A stretch of DNA of 64,000 bases from assembly GCA_964005815.1 (NCBI GenBank), contig CAXFSR010000036.1, positions 57,194 through 121,193 on the forward strand. The letters are read 5' to 3'. The position numbers were made by a program, and so were the translations under genes. Under the pieces are notes generated by a model that saw only the letters and a list, made by a program, of their open reading frames with translations, was not told the DNA's origin and searched no databases. The stretch is from an uncultured Nitrospinaceae bacterium (GTDB lineage: Bacteria > UBA8248). This document shows positions 1 through 10,909 of this stretch, piece by piece (position 1 is the first letter of the stretch; each line of letters starts with the position of its first letter).

Positions 1-145
1 TCTCTGGTTGAACATTCGATCTTTTTATTGCTTCTTGGGCAACTAAAATACCTAACTCTGGAGCAGTTTTGTCTTTCAAAGAACCACCAAAAGAACCAAC
101 TGCAGTTCTTACACTACTCAAAATAACTATTTCTTCCGTCGACAT
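1..145 (-). CDS. Acetyl-CoA C-acetyltransferase (thiolase), N-terminal part; runs off window start
   Basis: Manual translation from ATG at 145: MSTEEIVILSSVRTAVGSFGGSLKDKTAPELG..., the typical thiolase N-terminus (RTxxGxFxGxL); SD GGAGG upstream. Confidence 0.88.
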   Translation of the reverse strand, partial: MSTEEIVILSSVRTAVGSFGGSLKDKTAPELGILVAQEAIKRSNVQPE

Positions 146-283
146 TAAGTGACCTCCCTAGCGAACAAATTACTTGTAAATTATTTTGTACCTGCAAGTC
201 ACTTGGACTTTATAACGAGAACAACTATGAGGTAAATACGGACTGGAAAAGTATTTCAACAAAAAGATTTATAGTAATTTAAT

Positions 284-1249
284 CTATTGAAAAGAAATTC
301 CAAGAAATTCTAAGGTATTTTTAAAATCAATCGGCAATTCAGAAACAACATCAATTTCTTCAGATGTAATTGGATGTCTAAATTTCAAACTTCTAGCGTG
401 CAAAGCCTGTCTTGAGAGATTTTTTTCAAGGTATTTATTAATATCCTTATTGGAAAATCTCGAATTATCACGGTTAACATAAACTGCGTCACAAACTATA
501 GAATGCTTAATATGATGCAAATGAACTCGTATTTGATGTGTCCGACCCGTCATAATATTAACGCTTAAAAGTGAAAAATTATTTGCATTTGCTAAAACTT
601 GGAAGGATGTAAAAGCATTTTTGCCTCCATTTACAACTGCCATTTTAGTTCTATGTCTTGGATGCCTTCCTATAGGAAGACTTATTTTATTGGATAATTT
701 TTTTGGAACCCCGTGTACAAGCGCTAAATATTTTTTCTCAATCTTTCGATTCTTAAGAGCTGAACTAAGTTTTGTATGTGCCAAATCGGATTTGGCTACT
801 ATAACTAGTCCTGAAGTATCTTTGTCTAAGCGATGAACGATACCGGGTCGCTCCACTCCCCCAATACCTGACAATTCTCCCCTACAATAATATAAAAGAG
901 CAGAGACTAAAGTTCCCTTGGTATTCCCTGCGCCAGGATGGATGACCATTCCTGGCGGTTTATCAACTACCAACAAATGTTCATCTTCAAAAATAACTTT
1001 TAATTTAATTTTTTCAGGCAAAATAAATGATTTTTCTGGTGGAGGAATAACCACCTGTATTTGATCACCCGCGCAAACCTTAGTAGAAGGCTTAATACTT
1101 TTTTTATCATTTATAGATACACAATTATCTCTTATAAGTTGGTTTAAACGAGAACGAGACAATTCAGCAATATTCTTCTTTAAAAAAACGTCTACTCTGT
1201 CAATCTCATCGGTACTTAATAATTTAATAATTTTCGAATTTTTTGACAT
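284..1249 (-). CDS. rluD: RluA-family 23S rRNA pseudouridine synthase (RluD-like)
   Basis: S4-like N-terminus, VDKPPGMVIHPGAG, catalytic HRLDKDTSG, TGRTHQIRVH; start moved to ATG 1249. Confidence 0.9.
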   Translation of the reverse strand: MSKNSKIIKLLSTDEIDRVDVFLKKNIAELSRSRLNQLIRDNCVSINDKKSIKPSTKVCAGDQIQVVIPPPEKSFILPEKIKLKVIFEDEHLLVVDKPPGMVIHPGAGNTKGTLVSALLYYCRGELSGIGGVERPGIVHRLDKDTSGLVIVAKSDLAHTKLSSALKNRKIEKKYLALVHGVPKKLSNKISLPIGRHPRHRTKMAVVNGGKNAFTSFQVLANANNFSLLSVNIMTGRTHQIRVHLHHIKHSIVCDAVYVNRDNSRFSNKDINKYLEKNLSRQALHARSLKFRHPITSEEIDVVSELPIDFKNTLEFLGISFQ

Positions 1250-1303
1250 TTGGACACTAAATTTTAAAGATATATAAAAAAACAAACCTTTTAGTCTTAG
1301 TTT

Positions 1304-1804
1304 TTAATTAATAGTTTTTTTTGAAAACGAAGTCTTCAAAATAATAAATAAAAGTATACCCACTCCAATACTTATTCCAGAATCTGCAATATTAAAAGCG
1401 GGCCAATAAAATGAACCATAGTAAATTAAAATGAAATCAATTACTTCCCCATAGAGAAAACGATCTACTAAATTACCGATACCACCACCAAAAATAAAAA
1501 TGAGTGCAAAACGTGCAAACGAACTATTCGAAAACTCATAGAGATATAAATAAACAACAAAGAATAAAGCAAAAATAGTGACTGAAATAAACAACCATTT
1601 TGAAATAGCAGGAGGAAGATCTGCTAAAAAGCTAAAAGCACCACCTGGATTTCGAACATAAATAAAATCAAAAAACCCGGGAAAAATATTTACCCTAGAT
1701 CCTAAACTTAAATTTGATAGAACAATAACTTTAGAAAGTTGATCTAAAAATGCAAAAAGAATTCCAAACAGAAATAAATCGCGTGAATTTAAAAAAATTT
1801 TCAT
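1304..1804 (-). CDS. lspA: Signal peptidase II
   Basis: DQLSK, NPGGAFS, GNLVDR, VIDFI, FNIAD motifs; ATGA overlap with ileS. Confidence 0.96.
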   Translation of the reverse strand: MKIFLNSRDLFLFGILFAFLDQLSKVIVLSNLSLGSRVNIFPGFFDFIYVRNPGGAFSFLADLPPAISKWLFISVTIFALFFVVYLYLYEFSNSSFARFALIFIFGGGIGNLVDRFLYGEVIDFILIYYGSFYWPAFNIADSGISIGVGILLFIILKTSFSKKTIN

Positions 1805-4662
1805 GGGTTATATGTTGATACTATCCGTGCACACCGTGCTGAAAGATCTGGATAATTTGGGTCAGAACCAACATCTTCAGAAATTTTCCAGGACATTTCA
1901 CATTTTTTTCCCTTTGCTAAATCGATTTGTATCGCAAGTCCTTGAATTTCTTCACTTTGAAAAATTTCATCAGGAATCTGAGAATTGGAAGACGCCAATT
2001 TTGCACTAGAAACAATAAAGATATCTTCCATTTTATCTACAAGAGGTAATAATTCTTCTCTTAACTCTTCTGGTGCATAGATTAATACAGAAAAATTCAA
2101 AGAACTTCCTTTTCCTTTTTCTTGGATTTTACGAGTTTCTTCAATTGCTTTAAGAACCTCAGGTCTAATTTCTAAAAGCCGTTTCCATTTAGATTCAAGT
2201 TGAGGATCTCTTCTTTCAGGATCTGTCTCAGGGAAAACAGAAAAATGTATACTGTCTCCATATCTTTTATCTGTATACCTATAAACTTCTTCTGAAGTAA
2301 AAGAAAGTATAGGAGCCATGAGCCTTAAGAGAGTATCTAGAACATCGTCCATGGTAACGAGAGCAGATAAGCGCTCGGGATCATCCGGCAAAGAAATGTA
2401 GAGTCTATCTTTTAAAACATCCATATAGAAAGCCGACAAATCAACCGCACAGAAATTATTTAAAGCATGATAAACAGTATGGAATTCATAATCATCATAG
2501 GCTTTTTTGACTTTTTCAATTAATCTATCCAATCTACTTAAAATTAATCTGTCTATTTCATTTCTCTGGCCAATTGGAAATTCCGAAGAATCATATTTAA
2601 ATCCTTCATAATCATGCAAATTTCCTAATAAAAACCTACAAGTATTCCTTATCCTTCTGTATGCTTCTGATAGTCTTTCAAGTATTTGATTAGACAGTCG
2701 AATATCTTCTCGATAATTTTCTCCAGCAACCCATAATCTTAAGATTTCAGCACCATATTGTTTGATAATTTTTTCTGGAGCAACAGTATTTCCCAAACTC
2801 TTACTCATCTTTTTCCCATTCCCATCTACTACATATCCATGAGTTAGTACTTCGCGATAAGGAGCTGATCCACGAACACCAACTGCAGCCAAAAGGGAAC
2901 TATGGAACCAACCCCTATGTTGATCGCTACCTTCAAGGTACATATTCGCAGGCCAGGTCAATTCTTTATTTTTTTCAAGGACTGCTGCTTGACTGACTCC
3001 AGAATCGAACCAAACATCAAGAATATCAGTCTCTTTCTTGAAATTGTCAGACCCACATGAAGGGCAAACGAAACCGTGTGGTAAAAGTTCAGAACAATCT
3101 TTTTCAAACCAGACATCTGCTCCCTGAGACTCCATTAAATCTGCGACATGTATTGCAACACTGCCATCAACAATAATTTCTGAGCATTTCTCACAATGAA
3201 AAGCTACTATCGGAACACCCCATGACCTCTGACGCGATATGCACCAATCAGGTCTGTTTTCAATCATCTGATAAATACGTTCTTCGCCCCAGTTTGGCAC
3301 CCACTCTACTTTCCGTATCTCATCTAAAGCTTTTTTTCTTAAATCCGATTTTTCCATAGAAATAAACCACTGGGGTGTAGCTCTAAATATAGTAGGTCTA
3401 TGACTTCTCCAATCATGAGGATAAGGATGAGGATATTTTTCTGTAGCAAAAAGCATCTCTTTTTCTTTTAGAAATTCAATAATTTCCTGATCGGCATCAA
3501 AAACAAATTGTCCAGCAAAGTGTTCAATTTCTTGAGTAAACCTACCGCCATCATCTACAGGACTATAAATTTCCAATCCATACTTTAATCCAGTTTCATA
3601 ATCTTCCCTACCATGACCAGGAGCCGTATGTACTACACCAGTACCTTGCTCAAGAGTTACGTAATCAGCATGTACCACTTTCGAATCTCTTTTTATCCAA
3701 GGATGACTGACTAAGAGATTCTCCAAGACTTTTGAATCAAAATCTTCTATCTTTTTTAATTTTCCTTCACCTGCGATTTCACCTTCAGTTAATACTTTTT
3801 CTAAATGAGGAGTAAAATATTCATGAAAGATAAGTATTTCCTCTCCATAAGAAAAAATGGAATACTTTAAACTTGGATGAAATGCTAAAGCCAAATTTGC
3901 TGGCAATGTCCATGGAGTTGTAGTCCAAATAAGAACACTTACTTTCTTTTTTGAATCAAGTTTTGAAAAAAAAGGAATTCGTTCACTCCAACTTAACATC
4001 TGTTCTTTGTTTAAAGGAAATTTAACATATATACTTGTTGTTGTTATCTCCTCATATTCAACTTCAGCTTCTGCAAGAGCCGTTCGTAATCCAGGTGCCC
4101 AATGTACAGGTTTTAACCCTAAATAAACGTTTCCTGCATCCATAAAACGCCCAAGTTCTCGAACTGTTGCAGCTTCATAATCAAAACTCATGGTTAGATA
4201 AGGATTTTGCCAATCACCAAAAACACCAAGGCGCATAAATTCTTCTCTTTGTATATCAATAAATTTTTCTGCATACTTTCTACATAGCGCACGTTTTTCT
4301 ATTGGAGAAATTTCAAACCGTTTTTTCCCCAATTCTTTATCTACTTGATGCTCAATAGGCAAACCATGACAATCCCAACCAGGAACATATGCAGCATCAA
4401 ACCCAGACATTTGTTTTGACTTGACAATTATGTCTTTTAAGATTTTATTCAAGACAGTACCCATATGGATATTGCCATTTGCATAAGGAGGGCCATCGTG
4501 GAGAATGTATTTTTCTCTACCCTTTGATTGTTTTCTTATTTCTCCATAAATATCTTTATCATGCCATTCAGAAAGCATTTCCGGCTCTTTAACAGAAAGG
4601 TTCGCTTTCATCGGGAATGAGGTTTTAGGTAAATTTAAATAATTCTTATAATCTTCGACCAA
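1801..4662 (-). CDS. ileS: Isoleucine--tRNA ligase
   Basis: [49 protein letters not shown] start. Confidence 0.98.
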   Translation of the reverse strand: MVEDYKNYLNLPKTSFPMKANLSVKEPEMLSEWHDKDIYGEIRKQSKGREKYILHDGPPYANGNIHMGTVLNKILKDIIVKSKQMSGFDAAYVPGWDCHGLPIEHQVDKELGKKRFEISPIEKRALCRKYAEKFIDIQREEFMRLGVFGDWQNPYLTMSFDYEAATVRELGRFMDAGNVYLGLKPVHWAPGLRTALAEAEVEYEEITTTSIYVKFPLNKEQMLSWSERIPFFSKLDSKKKVSVLIWTTTPWTLPANLALAFHPSLKYSIFSYGEEILIFHEYFTPHLEKVLTEGEIAGEGKLKKIEDFDSKVLENLLVSHPWIKRDSKVVHADYVTLEQGTGVVHTAPGHGREDYETGLKYGLEIYSPVDDGGRFTQEIEHFAGQFVFDADQEIIEFLKEKEMLFATEKYPHPYPHDWRSHRPTIFRATPQWFISMEKSDLRKKALDEIRKVEWVPNWGEERIYQMIENRPDWCISRQRSWGVPIVAFHCEKCSEIIVDGSVAIHVADLMESQGADVWFEKDCSELLPHGFVCPSCGSDNFKKETDILDVWFDSGVSQAAVLEKNKELTWPANMYLEGSDQHRGWFHSSLLAAVGVRGSAPYREVLTHGYVVDGNGKKMSKSLGNTVAPEKIIKQYGAEILRLWVAGENYREDIRLSNQILERLSEAYRRIRNTCRFLLGNLHDYEGFKYDSSEFPIGQRNEIDRLILSRLDRLIEKVKKAYDDYEFHTVYHALNNFCAVDLSAFYMDVLKDRLYISLPDDPERLSALVTMDDVLDTLLRLMAPILSFTSEEVYRYTDKRYGDSIHFSVFPETDPERRDPQLESKWKRLLEIRPEVLKAIEETRKIQEKGKGSSLNFSVLIYAPEELREELLPLVDKMEDIFIVSSAKLASSNSQIPDEIFQSEEIQGLAIQIDLAKGKKCEMSWKISEDVGSDPNYPDLSARCARIVSTYNP

Positions 4663-4697
4663 AACTTTCTCCTGTCAGGAAAAATTAATAAAAACCT

Positions 4698-5675
4698 CTA
4701 TTGAGGAGATAACCCTACAGCTTTGTATATATCGGTCATTGTCTTTCGGGCTTCTTCGCGTGCTTTCTCTCCACCGGATTTCAAAACTTGATTAACATAT
4801 TCCTTATCTGCCTTTAATTTTTCACGCTCCTTTCTAAAAGGAGTGAAAAAACTATTTAATTTTTCAAATAGCATTTTTTTAGCATCCCCATAACCTAATC
4901 CTCCAGCTAGATATTGTTCACGTAAAGAATCCTGCTCCTTCTCATTGGCAAACAGTTTGAAAAGACTAAAAACATTACAAGTTTCTGGATCTTTAGGTTC
5001 TTCTACGGGGGTTGAGTCTGTAACAATCGACATGATTTTCTTTCGCAAAGATTTTCCCTCGTCAAAAATTTCTATAGTATTTCCATAACTTTTACTCATT
5101 TTTTGTCCATCAACACCCGGAACTTTCGCTCCTTTATCCAACCTAAAAGAAGGCATTGGAAAAATTTCTTCATAGGTATTATTGAAAGATTGCGCAATAT
5201 CTCTTGTCATTTCGATATGTTGTATTTGGTCTTCTCCAACAGGTACGACATTCGATCTATAAATTAAAATGTCAGCTGCCATTAGCATAGGATAAGTGTA
5301 CAAACCCATAGAGGGACTAATTCCTCTTTGAACTTTATCTTTATAAGAAGTAGCTCGATCAAGAAGCCCTTTGCCCGTCACACAAGATAAAATCCATGAC
5401 AATTCGCTCACTTCTGGAACATCGTTTTGTCTAAAAAAAACTGCCTTTTTAGGATCCAGCCCTAAAGATAAATAATCAAGAGCAACATCAAAAGTTTGTT
5501 GCGAAAGTAATTCTGGAACTTGTACTGAAGTCATAGCATGGTAATTAGCTATAAAATAAAAAGCTTCTCCCTCTTCTTGCAAGGCTATATGCTGGCGAAG
5601 AGCGCCAAAATAGTTGCCAATATGCAATCTACCAGAAGGTTGTACTCCAGATAGAAACCGAATTTTCGATGACAT
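4698..5675 (-). CDS. trpS: Tryptophan--tRNA ligase
   Basis: SGVQPSG, HIGN, YPMLMAADIL, VPVGEDQ, KMSKS. Confidence 0.97.
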   Translation of the reverse strand: MSSKIRFLSGVQPSGRLHIGNYFGALRQHIALQEEGEAFYFIANYHAMTSVQVPELLSQQTFDVALDYLSLGLDPKKAVFFRQNDVPEVSELSWILSCVTGKGLLDRATSYKDKVQRGISPSMGLYTYPMLMAADILIYRSNVVPVGEDQIQHIEMTRDIAQSFNNTYEEIFPMPSFRLDKGAKVPGVDGQKMSKSYGNTIEIFDEGKSLRKKIMSIVTDSTPVEEPKDPETCNVFSLFKLFANEKEQDSLREQYLAGGLGYGDAKKMLFEKLNSFFTPFRKEREKLKADKEYVNQVLKSGGEKAREEARKTMTDIYKAVGLSPQ

Positions 5676-5699
5676 ATAAAATCCTAAATAATTTTAAAA

Positions 5700-6365
5700 T
5701 CAATTGAGCATTTTAAACAAATTCATTGCAAATATCCGCTCTGTAGCAAGTAAAAAATAAAATATTGGAGACATGATTACTGTAAGCTTATTAAACAATA
5801 TCAGACCAAGGATTATAAAAAAACCATAGGGCTCTAATCTTGAAAAATTAAATGCAATACGTCTTGGCAGAATACCATGTAGTATTCTTCCTCCATCGAA
5901 TGGTAAAATCGGAACTAAATTAAACGCAGCAAGGGCTGTATTTACAATAAAACTCATTTCAAGCATCTTATAAATCGGCTCTCCAAAAAAACTTTGATGA
6001 ATTCCAAAATGTCGCATTTCAAATAAAACAAACAAACTTAAAATAGCAAGAAAAAAATTAGAAACCGGTCCTGCTAGAGCTATCCATATCATATCTTTTC
6101 TTGGATTTTTTAGATTTGAAGTATCGACAGGAACTGGCTTTGCCCAACCGAAACCAATTCCAGCAGCAAGCGATATTACAAAAGCCAAAGTCCCTAAAGG
6201 ATCTAGATGAACTAAAGGATTTAAACTTAGACGTCCCATATACCTTGCTGTTTGATCTCCTAATTTAGAAGCAGACCAACCATGAGCAACTTCATGTACA
6301 GTCAAAGCAATTAAAATTGCCGGAAGAGATACAATGAGTTTTTGAATAAAATCTTCTGAAAACAA
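5700..6365 (-). CDS. Site-2 protease family (M50) membrane metalloprotease
   Basis: HEVAH, AGPVSN, FNLVPILPFDG. Confidence 0.93.
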   Translation of the reverse strand: MFSEDFIQKLIVSLPAILIALTVHEVAHGWSASKLGDQTARYMGRLSLNPLVHLDPLGTLAFVISLAAGIGFGWAKPVPVDTSNLKNPRKDMIWIALAGPVSNFFLAILSLFVLFEMRHFGIHQSFFGEPIYKMLEMSFIVNTALAAFNLVPILPFDGGRILHGILPRRIAFNFSRLEPYGFFIILGLILFNKLTVIMSPIFYFLLATERIFAMNLFKMLN

Positions 6366-6441
6366 AACAAAAATCCTGCAACATTAGATTAAAATTAAAA
6401 TAAATTAAAAATTTTGAATCAATCAAAAAAATATATACAAT

Positions 6442-7011
6442 TTAAGGATTCCATACATTTTCAAAATCGTCACAAAAAACAAACTCACTCAAAGATTTCC
6501 TCGTAGATGGTTTTTTGTCTTTTTCCTGAACTTCAGGGGGCAAATCTTCAAAATTCCCTGGATAACCGACTGCAAAAAGAGCAACAACTCTATAGGGATC
6601 TGGTATCTTAAATTTTTCAAGAACCTTTTCTTCATCCCATCCAGCCATTGCATGCACTGTGAGTTCTAATGCACTTCCCTGCAACAAAAGATTTTGCAAT
6701 GCCATCCCAACATCGATCAACCATCTCTGTAATCCATTTCTTTCTGGTTGTTCTTCTGGATTGCCAAGTATAATCATTTTAGTCGGAGCTTCAGCCGCCC
6801 ACTGACGATTGCCTTCATTCAAACACTCGTCAAACGCATTATTTGACTCTTCCGATTGAGTTACAATGACTCTCCATGGTTGCTTATTGCTTCCTGAAGG
6901 GGCCCACCGAAATGCCTCTAACAAAGCATTTAATTCATCCGGTTTTGGTGGAACTCCACTAAAATCTCTCTTACTTCTTCTATTTTTTATTAAAGGATGT
7001 ATGTCTGCCAT
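6442..7011 (-). CDS. Nitroreductase family protein
   Basis: RRSKR, APSGSNKQPW. Confidence 0.9.
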   Translation of the reverse strand: MADIHPLIKNRRSKRDFSGVPPKPDELNALLEAFRWAPSGSNKQPWRVIVTQSEESNNAFDECLNEGNRQWAAEAPTKMIILGNPEEQPERNGLQRWLIDVGMALQNLLLQGSALELTVHAMAGWDEEKVLEKFKIPDPYRVVALFAVGYPGNFEDLPPEVQEKDKKPSTRKSLSEFVFCDDFENVWNP

Positions 7012-7118
7012 CTTTGTTCTCCTGAAAATTTAATGAAAATATATTAACGCTTCAGCTATTAAAGTTCTAAAAAAATGCAGTGTAGTACAGCGTTCAAAAA
7101 AATAAAATACACACTAAG

Positions 7119-7502
7119 TCAGCCAGCATATCCCACATCTTTTTTGGTCTCCAATAAAACAATTTTTTCGGATGAATCGAGCATATTTGTTCTATATAAA
7201 GTATGTGCAAAAATTTGTGGAGCCCGATAAATAAAAATTCTCTCATGAGAAATCAATAAAGATCGAATTAAAGAAACAAACTGCAAGATACTTCTAGAAC
7301 CTTCGAACTCTAAATCTTCCATATCTATTTTTAAAATAGAAACTTCAAAATCTTTTATATTTTTTTTTATCGCAATATCAACCAATGGGAAAATTCTAAG
7401 ATCTAAATCTCCACTTATCTGAACGCTTAACTCTTTTTTATTTTTGAAAATTCTCAGGAAGAAATCCTGATTAATAGAAATTTCACGCAAATCAGCCTCC
7501 AT
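7119..7502 (-). CDS. Hypothetical protein, STAS/anti-sigma-antagonist-like
   Basis: ISGDLD...KIDMEDLEF pattern resembles STAS; 127 aa. Confidence 0.5.
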   Translation of the reverse strand: MEADLREISINQDFFLRIFKNKKELSVQISGDLDLRIFPLVDIAIKKNIKDFEVSILKIDMEDLEFEGSRSILQFVSLIRSLLISHERIFIYRAPQIFAHTLYRTNMLDSSEKIVLLETKKDVGYAG

Positions 7503-7536
7503 ACTTAGAGTTTTGCTTTAAAAAATTAAAAAAGAA

Positions 7537-8616
7537 TCAATCAACTGATAAAGGAAAAATAATAGGCTTCGACTCTTTCGCACTTTTCTCAATTGCGAGT
7601 GTGACCTCAAGGGTAGTTCGTGCATGTTCAGGATCTGTTAAAGGAATTGATTTTCCTGCAACGACATGATCCAACCAGTAACGTGTTTCATCTCGCATAG
7701 GACCCCAAAAATCTCCTACTAGGAAGTCTCCTGCCATCATACTCTCTAGAAAAACAACATTTGTCCTAAAATCTGGGACATAAGGAGATGGGACACCTTT
7801 AGAAGTTGCCAGTATTGAAGATTTATGAGAATCATCAATGAAAATTGCTCCCTTATCACCCATAACTTCCATATCCATAGAAGTTACATTTGAGGGCCAA
7901 TTGTCAGGCAGAATCCAAGAACAACCAAAGTTAATTGAACTACCGTCATCGAGGCTTAAAATAGCCCATGCCCAATCACCACATCCCATAGGATGATGAG
8001 GGAAAATTTCGCTGCCTCCTTGAGCATATACACTTACAGGCCTTCTCCCTTCGAAATACCATAAAGAAATATCAACCATATATGTTAGTGTATCCGTGAC
8101 TGGACCAGCGTGCGGTGCGCGTTTGTATATTTCTGCACCACCTGACATAATATTATAGAGTGTAGCCCTAGCCGTTTGAAGTTCTCCTAACTTACCCTGG
8201 CTAATTTGTTCTTTCGCATTTAAAAAACGTCTTCGTACTCTTTGAGTATATCCAATATGCAAATTTCCATTATGATTATGCAAACAGTTTAAAATTTTGT
8301 CAGCGTCTTCTAAAGAAAGAGAAATAGGTTTTTCGCATAAGACCGGCTTTCCTAATTCGATACCTCTACAAACAGGTTCTGCATGTGCAAATTCAGGAGT
8401 TGAAACGATAACTGCATCTACCTCTGGGTGATTTAAAACTGCTTCGTTATCTTCTGAAAAAAAATCTGCGTCGACTTCTTCAGCTAGTCTCTTTGCATTT
8501 TCAATATTCTGATCTGAAAGTGCTAAAAAACTTACTTGAGGAGAACTTGATGCAAGATTAGCTCTTAATCTGCCCATTCTACCCGAACCAATTATGCCTA
8601 CACCGATCTGTTTCAA
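7537..8616 (-). CDS. Gfo/Idh/MocA oxidoreductase (paralog 2)
   Basis: GIIGSGRMG, CEKP, GYTQR. Confidence 0.92.
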   Translation of the reverse strand: MKQIGVGIIGSGRMGRLRANLASSSPQVSFLALSDQNIENAKRLAEEVDADFFSEDNEAVLNHPEVDAVIVSTPEFAHAEPVCRGIELGKPVLCEKPISLSLEDADKILNCLHNHNGNLHIGYTQRVRRRFLNAKEQISQGKLGELQTARATLYNIMSGGAEIYKRAPHAGPVTDTLTYMVDISLWYFEGRRPVSVYAQGGSEIFPHHPMGCGDWAWAILSLDDGSSINFGCSWILPDNWPSNVTSMDMEVMGDKGAIFIDDSHKSSILATSKGVPSPYVPDFRTNVVFLESMMAGDFLVGDFWGPMRDETRYWLDHVVAGKSIPLTDPEHARTTLEVTLAIEKSAKESKPIIFPLSVD

Positions 8617-8619
8617 TTT

Positions 8620-9711
8620 TTATCCTCTCAAAGGTAAATCTATAACTTTTCCGCCTTGCCTTGCACTAGTTTCCATAGCAACTGTAAGTTCAAGAGCATT
8701 CCTGCCTGCATTAGCATCGCAGAGGGGAATTTCTTTTCCAGTAGTTACTCTCTCAACAAATAATCTAGTTTCGTCTCTCATAGGACCAATAAACTCTCCC
8801 ACTACCCAATCTCCTGGCATGGCCGAACCTAAAAAAGAAACATTAAAAGAAGAATCTGGAACATAAGAAGAGGGTGTTTCTTCCTCGCTAACCATCATTA
8901 CATCTTTATGTCCATCATCAATTCTAATAGCCCCTTCACTTCCAAAAATATCCATACTGATAGTGGCAACTGTAGCAGGCCACTTTTCAGGAAGTATCCA
9001 AGAAGAACCAAGATTAACAGCAGAACCATCCTCAAAAGTAACTATCGCCCAACCATAATCTCCTAATTTCTCAGGATGTTCAGAAAAGATTTTGCTCCCA
9101 CCAAGAGCATAAACTCGGACGGGCTTTAAAGGTTCGAAAAACCAGAGAGCCATATCGGCCATATATGTTAAAGCATCAGAAATCGGACTAGCATGTGGTG
9201 CTCTTTGATAAACTTGTTTAGCAACAGACATTGGATTGTATATACAAAGCCTTCCTGACATGACTTTGCCAAGACGACCATCTTGAATATGTTCTTTCAC
9301 AGAGAGAAACTTTCTTCTAAGACGTTGTGTATATCCTATATAAAGTTCAGTACCAGTCTTTTTCTGAATTTCTAAAATTTTATCTGCATCTTTAAGACTT
9401 AAAGCAATTGGTTTCTCAACCAAAACAGGCTTTTGATTTTCAAGTGCGAGACAAATCCACTCAGTATGTTCTCCTTCAGGAGTAGACACAATTACTGCAC
9501 CAACGTTTGGATGTTCAATAACAGCTTTATTATCATCAGAAAAAAAAGCTGCTTCGGTCTGTTGAGCCAGACCTTTAGCTTTTTCCTTGTCAATATCTGA
9601 TATTGCAAGGAAGTCTACTTGTGGAGAAGTCGCAGAGAGGTGAGCTCTTAAAGAGCCCATTCTTCCAGCACCCACCAAACCTATTCCTATCTGTTTTTTA
9701 GGTACAACCAT
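8620..9711 (-). CDS. Gfo/Idh/MocA oxidoreductase (paralog 1)
   Basis: GLVGAGRMG, VEKP, GYTQR. Confidence 0.92.
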   Translation of the reverse strand: MVVPKKQIGIGLVGAGRMGSLRAHLSATSPQVDFLAISDIDKEKAKGLAQQTEAAFFSDDNKAVIEHPNVGAVIVSTPEGEHTEWICLALENQKPVLVEKPIALSLKDADKILEIQKKTGTELYIGYTQRLRRKFLSVKEHIQDGRLGKVMSGRLCIYNPMSVAKQVYQRAPHASPISDALTYMADMALWFFEPLKPVRVYALGGSKIFSEHPEKLGDYGWAIVTFEDGSAVNLGSSWILPEKWPATVATISMDIFGSEGAIRIDDGHKDVMMVSEEETPSSYVPDSSFNVSFLGSAMPGDWVVGEFIGPMRDETRLFVERVTTGKEIPLCDANAGRNALELTVAMETSARQGGKVIDLPLRG

Positions 9712-9841
9712 TCCAACCTCATGAATGAAATACTTGTTATACTTTTCAGTCTAACAAATAAAAAAAAAACACAACACTAGCAACGTCAAAATAAAATTAT
9801 TATATTGAGCATAAGTACGAATATTTAAAAGGAGACTTTTT

Positions 9842-10885
9842 TTGGAAAAATCGCAGTCACTAGCCGCTATTTTAAAAGGACCAAAGAATCTTTGCTTAGA
9901 AATGAGAGATATTCCTGACCCAGGAAAAAATGAAGTACTAGTTGAAGTAAAAGCATGCGCAATTTGTGGAAGTGACTTTCACTTGATTGACGGCCATACT
10001 AAAAGGGCTCGTTTGCCAGTGGTTCCTGGACATGAACTTATGGGAAAAGTTGTTGATGTTGGTAAGAACGTTTCAAAAGATATTATAGGAAACAGATTTT
10101 GTATAGAAAATCATGTTGCATGTGGTGAGTGCCGATACTGTAAAGCTAACCGAGAAAATTTATGTAATAACTCTAGGTCTATTGGAACTACGATAGATGG
10201 AGGATATAGTCAACATGTAATTGCTCCTGCGAATAAACTTGTTCCAATTCCAGATAAATTAGATGATGCAACCGCTTCAGTAATGCAAACACTTGCAACC
10301 GGATATCATGTAGTAAATAACCGAGCAAATTTAAAAAAGAATGAGACTGCAGCAATTATAGGTGTTGGACCAATTGGTTTGTGTACTCTTGCTTGCGCTA
10401 AACAAATTGGTGCAAGAGTAATTGTCATTGATACGGTTGAAGATAGACTTTCACTAGCGAAAAAAATGGGGGCTGATGAAACTATAAATGCTTTAGAAGT
10501 AGACCCAGTAGAAAAAGTCAAAACCCTAACTGATGGTGAAGGAGCAGAAGTTAGCTTCGAAATAGTTGGAGGGAATCAGTCTAAAACAATTCAGCAATCA
10601 ATTGACATGCTATGTAAGGGAGGAAGAACTGTAATTGTTGGAGTTTCTGGAATTGATATCCCAATCGATTTTCAGCCTATTCAACACTTAGAGAAAGTCA
10701 TTATTGGGTCAAGAGGACATCCTTATTCGTTCATGCCCTGTATTGAACACGTTGTTTCAGGAAATCTTAATATAAGCGAAATGATCACACATCAAATTCC
10801 TCTTTCGATGGTTGAAGAAGGAATTAAAATGATGAGAGAAAGAAAAGACGGAGCTGTTAAAGTCGTTCTTATCCCAAACGAATAA
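9842..10885 (+). CDS. Zinc-dependent MDR alcohol/polyol dehydrogenase
   Basis: CGSD, GHE, structural Zn CxxCxxCx7C, GVGPIG. Confidence 0.92.
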   Translation: MEKSQSLAAILKGPKNLCLEMRDIPDPGKNEVLVEVKACAICGSDFHLIDGHTKRARLPVVPGHELMGKVVDVGKNVSKDIIGNRFCIENHVACGECRYCKANRENLCNNSRSIGTTIDGGYSQHVIAPANKLVPIPDKLDDATASVMQTLATGYHVVNNRANLKKNETAAIIGVGPIGLCTLACAKQIGARVIVIDTVEDRLSLAKKMGADETINALEVDPVEKVKTLTDGEGAEVSFEIVGGNQSKTIQQSIDMLCKGGRTVIVGVSGIDIPIDFQPIQHLEKVIIGSRGHPYSFMPCIEHVVSGNLNISEMITHQIPLSMVEEGIKMMRERKDGAVKVVLIPNE

Positions 10886-10909
10886 TAAACAGAATTTTTT
10901 GGAGAAAAT

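Noticed and set aside
7056..7121. Read-through of the TGA ending the STAS-like gene
   Set aside because: The extension is ~19 low-complexity codons with no redox motif or convincing hairpin.
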